A stretch of DNA of 64,000 nt from Candidatus Daviesbacteria bacterium. Lineage in GTDB: Bacteria > Patescibacteriota > Microgenomatia > Daviesbacterales > UBA10151. A program made the translations under genes and the position numbers. Where the stretch lies: NCBI GenBank assembly GCA_028687915.1, contig JAQTZF010000001.1, positions 1,966-65,965 on the forward strand, written 5' to 3'. This document shows positions 60,317 to 64,000 of the stretch, in pieces. A model generated the notes under the pieces. It was not told where the DNA came from and did no database searches. It worked only from the letters and a program-made list of their open reading frames with translations. Each line of letters begins with the position of its first letter. Position 1 is the first letter of the stretch.

Positions 60317-61174
60317 ATGTCTAAGAAAATATTAATTTTACCAATTATTATGGTTTTAATCGCTGCCTTTTTGGGTGGCTATTTTTTACTTTTTAAACAA
60401 ACTCCTCTCCCTGCTATTCAAACCACTTCTCCTAATATTTTATATTTAACAAACCCTATAACTTCTTTTTCAGGAAAAATAGAAGCTGTTAGCGGAAATA
60501 TCATTACAGTAAACCGAGAAATAAATTTACCACAACCAAACCAGGGGTTATTAAACAAAGCTACATCTAAAAAAATTACTTATAAAATCCTGATTGGGAA
60601 AAATACCGTTATCAGTAAAATCACAAGCAAGGTACCTTACCTCTTTAAGTCGCCTGTTGCTACAGCATCAAATTCTGTAAATAAGCAATTAACTAATAAG
60701 GATCTGCAGATTGGTCAAACTATATACGCAATATCTAATACAGACCTTCGCACTTTAACTGGCGACCAACTTGAAGCGTCTGTAATTGACATCTCGCCAA
60801 ATGAATTCTCTATTAATGGAAAAATCAATGCTATTAAAGGGAATGAATTAATCATTAGGGGCTCTGCTTCCACCCTCCTGTCTGAAATTGGAATAGTTCC
60901 CAATGCTATGCCACAAGAAAAAAACTACACTATAACGATTGATCAAAATACAGAAATATCAAACAGTATCGCATCAAATAATCCTGCCATACCTTCAAAA
61001 CCAGAAAAATATTTATTATCAGATCTTAAAAAAGACCAATTAGTAACAATTTATGCTGAAGGTGATATGAACACAGATCAAAAATTTATTTCATTAAGAG
61101 TTATTCCTTTTTTACCAAATCTTCCAACAGCTACTCCTCAAGCAACACAATCTAGCACACAAAAACCAAAATGA
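60317..61174 (+). CDS. Hypothetical single-TM protein with two internal OB-like repeats
   Basis: 'SFSGKIEAVSGNIITV...NTVIS...DLQIGQTI' and 'SINGKINAIKGNELII...NTEIS...DLKKDQLV'. Confidence 0.75.
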   Translation: MSKKILILPIIMVLIAAFLGGYFLLFKQTPLPAIQTTSPNILYLTNPITSFSGKIEAVSGNIITVNREINLPQPNQGLLNKATSKKITYKILIGKNTVISKITSKVPYLFKSPVATASNSVNKQLTNKDLQIGQTIYAISNTDLRTLTGDQLEASVIDISPNEFSINGKINAIKGNELIIRGSASTLLSEIGIVPNAMPQEKNYTITIDQNTEISNSIASNNPAIPSKPEKYLLSDLKKDQLVTIYAEGDMNTDQKFISLRVIPFLPNLPTATPQATQSSTQKPK

Positions 61175-62130
61175 GTCTAAACAAAGTTTTACTTGGGTTA
61201 ATTCTATCTTTAATTATTTTTCCCACAGCTGCAAATGCAGAAATAGCTACTGTTGGTGATTGGATTGGACTTTTTAAACAGAGCGAGACAGGTAACTTAA
61301 AAAGTAATACCTACCAGCATTGTACAGGTTTAACTACTCAAGCTTGCTGGGTTTACACTAGCAACTGCACTCAAACAGTCGGCTCAAGCCCACAAATCAG
61401 CAGAAATGGCATTACTCCTAATCCTACTCCGTGTGCTTTTAACCTTAGCCCCACCCCAGCTCCTGGTGATTATTATGTTTTTCGAATGTACGCTAATAAT
61501 AAAGAAAGCGCTGATGCTGTAATTGCAACTTCAACTAACCCATTTTCTTTTGGTGCTGCTGCTACACCCACTCCTATTCCCGCTTCAGGAAAACTATATC
61601 GTATAACAGGACATTTAACTATAAATAGTGACATAACTGTAAATGAAACAGGAATTATTTTTGTAGATGGAAACCTTTATATAAATACTGATATAAAATC
61701 TCTTCCTTCTACTAGCACTACTACTCCCAATGCTAAAAAAGGACTTGTATTTATAGTTAAAGGGAGTATTTATATAAAACGTACCGTTGAAACAGTTAAT
61801 GCTTATTTAATAGCCAATGGAAAAGATAATACTGGCGCTGATATCAACCCACCATTTTGTAGTGCTTGGGACGGAACTACTCCTCCTGCATCAGACGGTA
61901 CAAATTGTGTAGATTTTCAAGATGCTGATAATGACACGCTGCGAAAAAAACTTACTATAAATGGTGCGGTAATTTCCTTAAATAACTCTATCTCACCTAA
62001 TTTTACCAGAAGAAAGTATGTTGCAGCCGGAGACGAACCCGCTGAAACAATAAATTTCGAACCAAAATACCTAGTTGTTTTAAAAGATATATTTTCAAGT
62101 GATGTAAAGGTTTGGAGAGAAGTTCAATGA
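61171..62130 (+). CDS. Secreted hypothetical protein with a beta-helix-like C-terminus
   Basis: Signal ending 'ANA'; 'IIFVDGNLYI', 'LVFIVKGSIYI', 'LTINGAVI', 'PAETINFEPKY', 'WREV'. Confidence 0.78.
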   Translation: MSLNKVLLGLILSLIIFPTAANAEIATVGDWIGLFKQSETGNLKSNTYQHCTGLTTQACWVYTSNCTQTVGSSPQISRNGITPNPTPCAFNLSPTPAPGDYYVFRMYANNKESADAVIATSTNPFSFGAAATPTPIPASGKLYRITGHLTINSDITVNETGIIFVDGNLYINTDIKSLPSTSTTTPNAKKGLVFIVKGSIYIKRTVETVNAYLIANGKDNTGADINPPFCSAWDGTTPPASDGTNCVDFQDADNDTLRKKLTINGAVISLNNSISPNFTRRKYVAAGDEPAETINFEPKYLVVLKDIFSSDVKVWREVQ

Positions 62131-62148
62131 AAGTAAAGTCTTTAGACT

Positions 62149-62853
62149 TTACTTTCCAAAATTTCTTTTCTGTTCTTGATACCAAATAACGGCTTTTTTT
62201 AATTCTTCTGGTGTAAAATCAGGCCACAAAACTTTAGTAAAATATAATTCTGAATAAGCAGTTTGCCACAATAAAAAGTTTGAAAGCCTACTATAACCCC
62301 CTGTTCTAATAACTAAATCAGGATCTGCTTGTCCTGTTGTATATAAGTGTTTAGAAATTAATTCATCGTTAATTTTATTAACATCAATTCCTTCTTTAAT
62401 TAACTCTTTAATAGCTTCAACAATTTCTTTTTTTCCTCCATAATTTAAAGCAACATTTACTCTGATAGATTCATTCTTAATGTAAACTTTTTTTAAATTT
62501 TCAATTACTTTTCTAACAGAACTTGGCAAACCCTCCAACTCACCTAAAACATCCACCCTAACACCTTTTTCTGCAAGTTTCTTAACTTTACTTTTAAAGC
62601 CCCAGGTAATCAAATGAAAAAGTCCAGACATTTCCCTCTTTGCTCTCTCTTTTATGTTCTCAGTAGATAATGCGTAAACTGTTAAAGTTTTAACACCCAT
62701 TTGAGCTGCTGACGCTATTATATTTTCTAGAGTATCTGCTCCTGCTTCGTGCCCTTTACCTTCCGGCAAACCTCTTTGTCTCGCCCATCTACGATTTCCA
62801 TCCATAATAATGGCAATATGCTGGGGAATATTTTCCGCTGTCTCTGATTTCAT
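62149..62853 (-). CDS. uppS: Undecaprenyl diphosphate synthase
   Basis: 'PQHIAIIMDGNRRWA', 'YALSTEN', 'ALNYGG', 'DPDLVIRTGG..RLSNFLLWQ..YSE', 'WPDF', 'RNFG'. Confidence 0.97.
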   Translation of the reverse strand: MKSETAENIPQHIAIIMDGNRRWARQRGLPEGKGHEAGADTLENIIASAAQMGVKTLTVYALSTENIKERAKREMSGLFHLITWGFKSKVKKLAEKGVRVDVLGELEGLPSSVRKVIENLKKVYIKNESIRVNVALNYGGKKEIVEAIKELIKEGIDVNKINDELISKHLYTTGQADPDLVIRTGGYSRLSNFLLWQTAYSELYFTKVLWPDFTPEELKKAVIWYQEQKRNFGK

Positions 62854-62910
62854 ATCTAGCAAGATTAACAAATATTTTCATAAATCTCAATCCGCTGGTA
62901 CAATAGCTAA

Positions 62911-64000
62911 ATGAAAATTGCAATTTTAGGTGCAGGATTTACAGGATTAACAGCTGCATTAAAGCTGGCCCAAGATGGCCATGAAGTAACTATTTTTGAA
63001 AAAGAATCTATTGTAGGAGGTTTGGCTAGTGGTTTTAAGATAAAAGGATGGAATTGGTATTTAGATAAAACATACCATCACCTTTTCACTAATGATTCAT
63101 CAGCTATTAGCTTAGCAAGTACTGTCAATCAAAAACTAATTACAAAACGGCCAGAAACTGCGGTGTTAGTGAAGAATCAAATGTCTGCGTTTGATTCGCC
63201 AATTACATTAATAAAATTTTCAATACTACCTATTATTGATCGTCTCAGGGTTGGTGTTTGTACTTTTTATTTAAAATATATTACTTCTCCAAAATATATA
63301 AACCACCATTACGCACTTATTTGGCTCACAAAATTTATGGGAAAAAATGCAACAGAAATGATTTGGAATCCTCTTTTTGAAGGTAAGTTTGGTGCACAAA
63401 AACATATTATTTCTTTAACTTGGTTCTGGGCCAGAATTAAAAAAAGAACCCCTTCTTTAATATATCCTGAGGGAGGTTTCCAAACATTTGCAGAAAAAGT
63501 ACAAAGTGAAGCAGAAAAGCACAGGGTTAAATTTAACTTTAATTCTGAAATTTCCAACATCTCATCACTTAACACTAAGTTTGATAAAATCATTGTAACT
63601 TTACCTACGCAAGTTTTTAATAAAGTTGCTAAATTACCAATTGCCTATCAAAAAAAGCTTAACTCTATTCCTCATTTAAGTGCCCTAAATTTAATTTTAG
63701 TGCTAAAAAAACCATTTTTTATAAAAGAAACTTACTGGTTAAATATTACTGATCAATCCTTTCCTTTCTTAGTATTAGCCGAACACACAAACTTTATGGA
63801 GAAAAAATATTATAACAATCAACATATTTTATATATTGGCTGTTATTTACCAGAAAATCACCCTTACCTAAAGATGTCTTCCAAAAAACTTTTAAAATTA
63901 TTTGACCCCTATTTAAAAAAGATTAATTCCTCTTATTCTTCATCAATTATCACAAGTTATCTTTTTACTCACTCAAATGCCCAACCAATTGTTGCTCCGG
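62911..64000 (+). CDS. FAD-dependent oxidoreductase (protoporphyrinogen oxidase/amine oxidase-like), 3'-truncated by window edge
   Basis: Absent from the ORF track (no stop in window). Translated by hand: MKIAILGAGFTGLTAALKLAQDGHEVTIFEK...GGLASGF...YHHLF...YPEGGFQ. Confidence 0.88.
   Translation, partial: MKIAILGAGFTGLTAALKLAQDGHEVTIFEKESIVGGLASGFKIKGWNWYLDKTYHHLFTNDSSAISLASTVNQKLITKRPETAVLVKNQMSAFDSPITLIKFSILPIIDRLRVGVCTFYLKYITSPKYINHHYALIWLTKFMGKNATEMIWNPLFEGKFGAQKHIISLTWFWARIKKRTPSLIYPEGGFQTFAEKVQSEAEKHRVKFNFNSEISNISSLNTKFDKIIVTLPTQVFNKVAKLPIAYQKKLNSIPHLSALNLILVLKKPFFIKETYWLNITDQSFPFLVLAEHTNFMEKKYYNNQHILYIGCYLPENHPYLKMSSKKLLKLFDPYLKKINSSYSSSIITSYLFTHSNAQPIVAP

Overview
AT-rich bacterial DNA in standard code 11, consistent with a Patescibacteria/CPR (Microgenomates-like) chromosome; the taxon is inferred from gene content, a divergent 16S and intron-bearing 23S, not from a search. 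Contents: (1) a surface-protein island with two six-LamG paralogs separated by a four-helix-bundle (Avd/23S-IVP family) gene flanked by inverted 7-bp arrays; (2) a TauBC/SsuBC-type ABC cluster with three binding proteins, three PaaK-like adenylate ligases sharing a near-identical 5' DNA block, and a SerC-like aminotransferase; (3) two GT-C-like membrane proteins, rpsA and two pilins; (4) a split rRNA locus: 16S has its own promoter and terminator, tRNA-Ala-23S has its own promoter, 23S carries ORF-less group I introns at L1951 and L2500, and an antisense radical SAM gene lies between 23S and 5S; (5) gap, pgk, tRNA-Ile, tRNA-Cys, a TrmH-family gene, LysM paralogs, rfbB, uppS and more secreted proteins. 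Strongest unexplained signals: a ~23-nt hairpin (TACGTTCATGTAAACTGAACGTA) reused in both introns, 16S, 23S and the 16S leader, once nested in itself; the heptamer-flanked four-helix-bundle cassette; constant-block/variable-body paralog sets; a small palindromic repeat family; and widespread leaderless-type gene starts.
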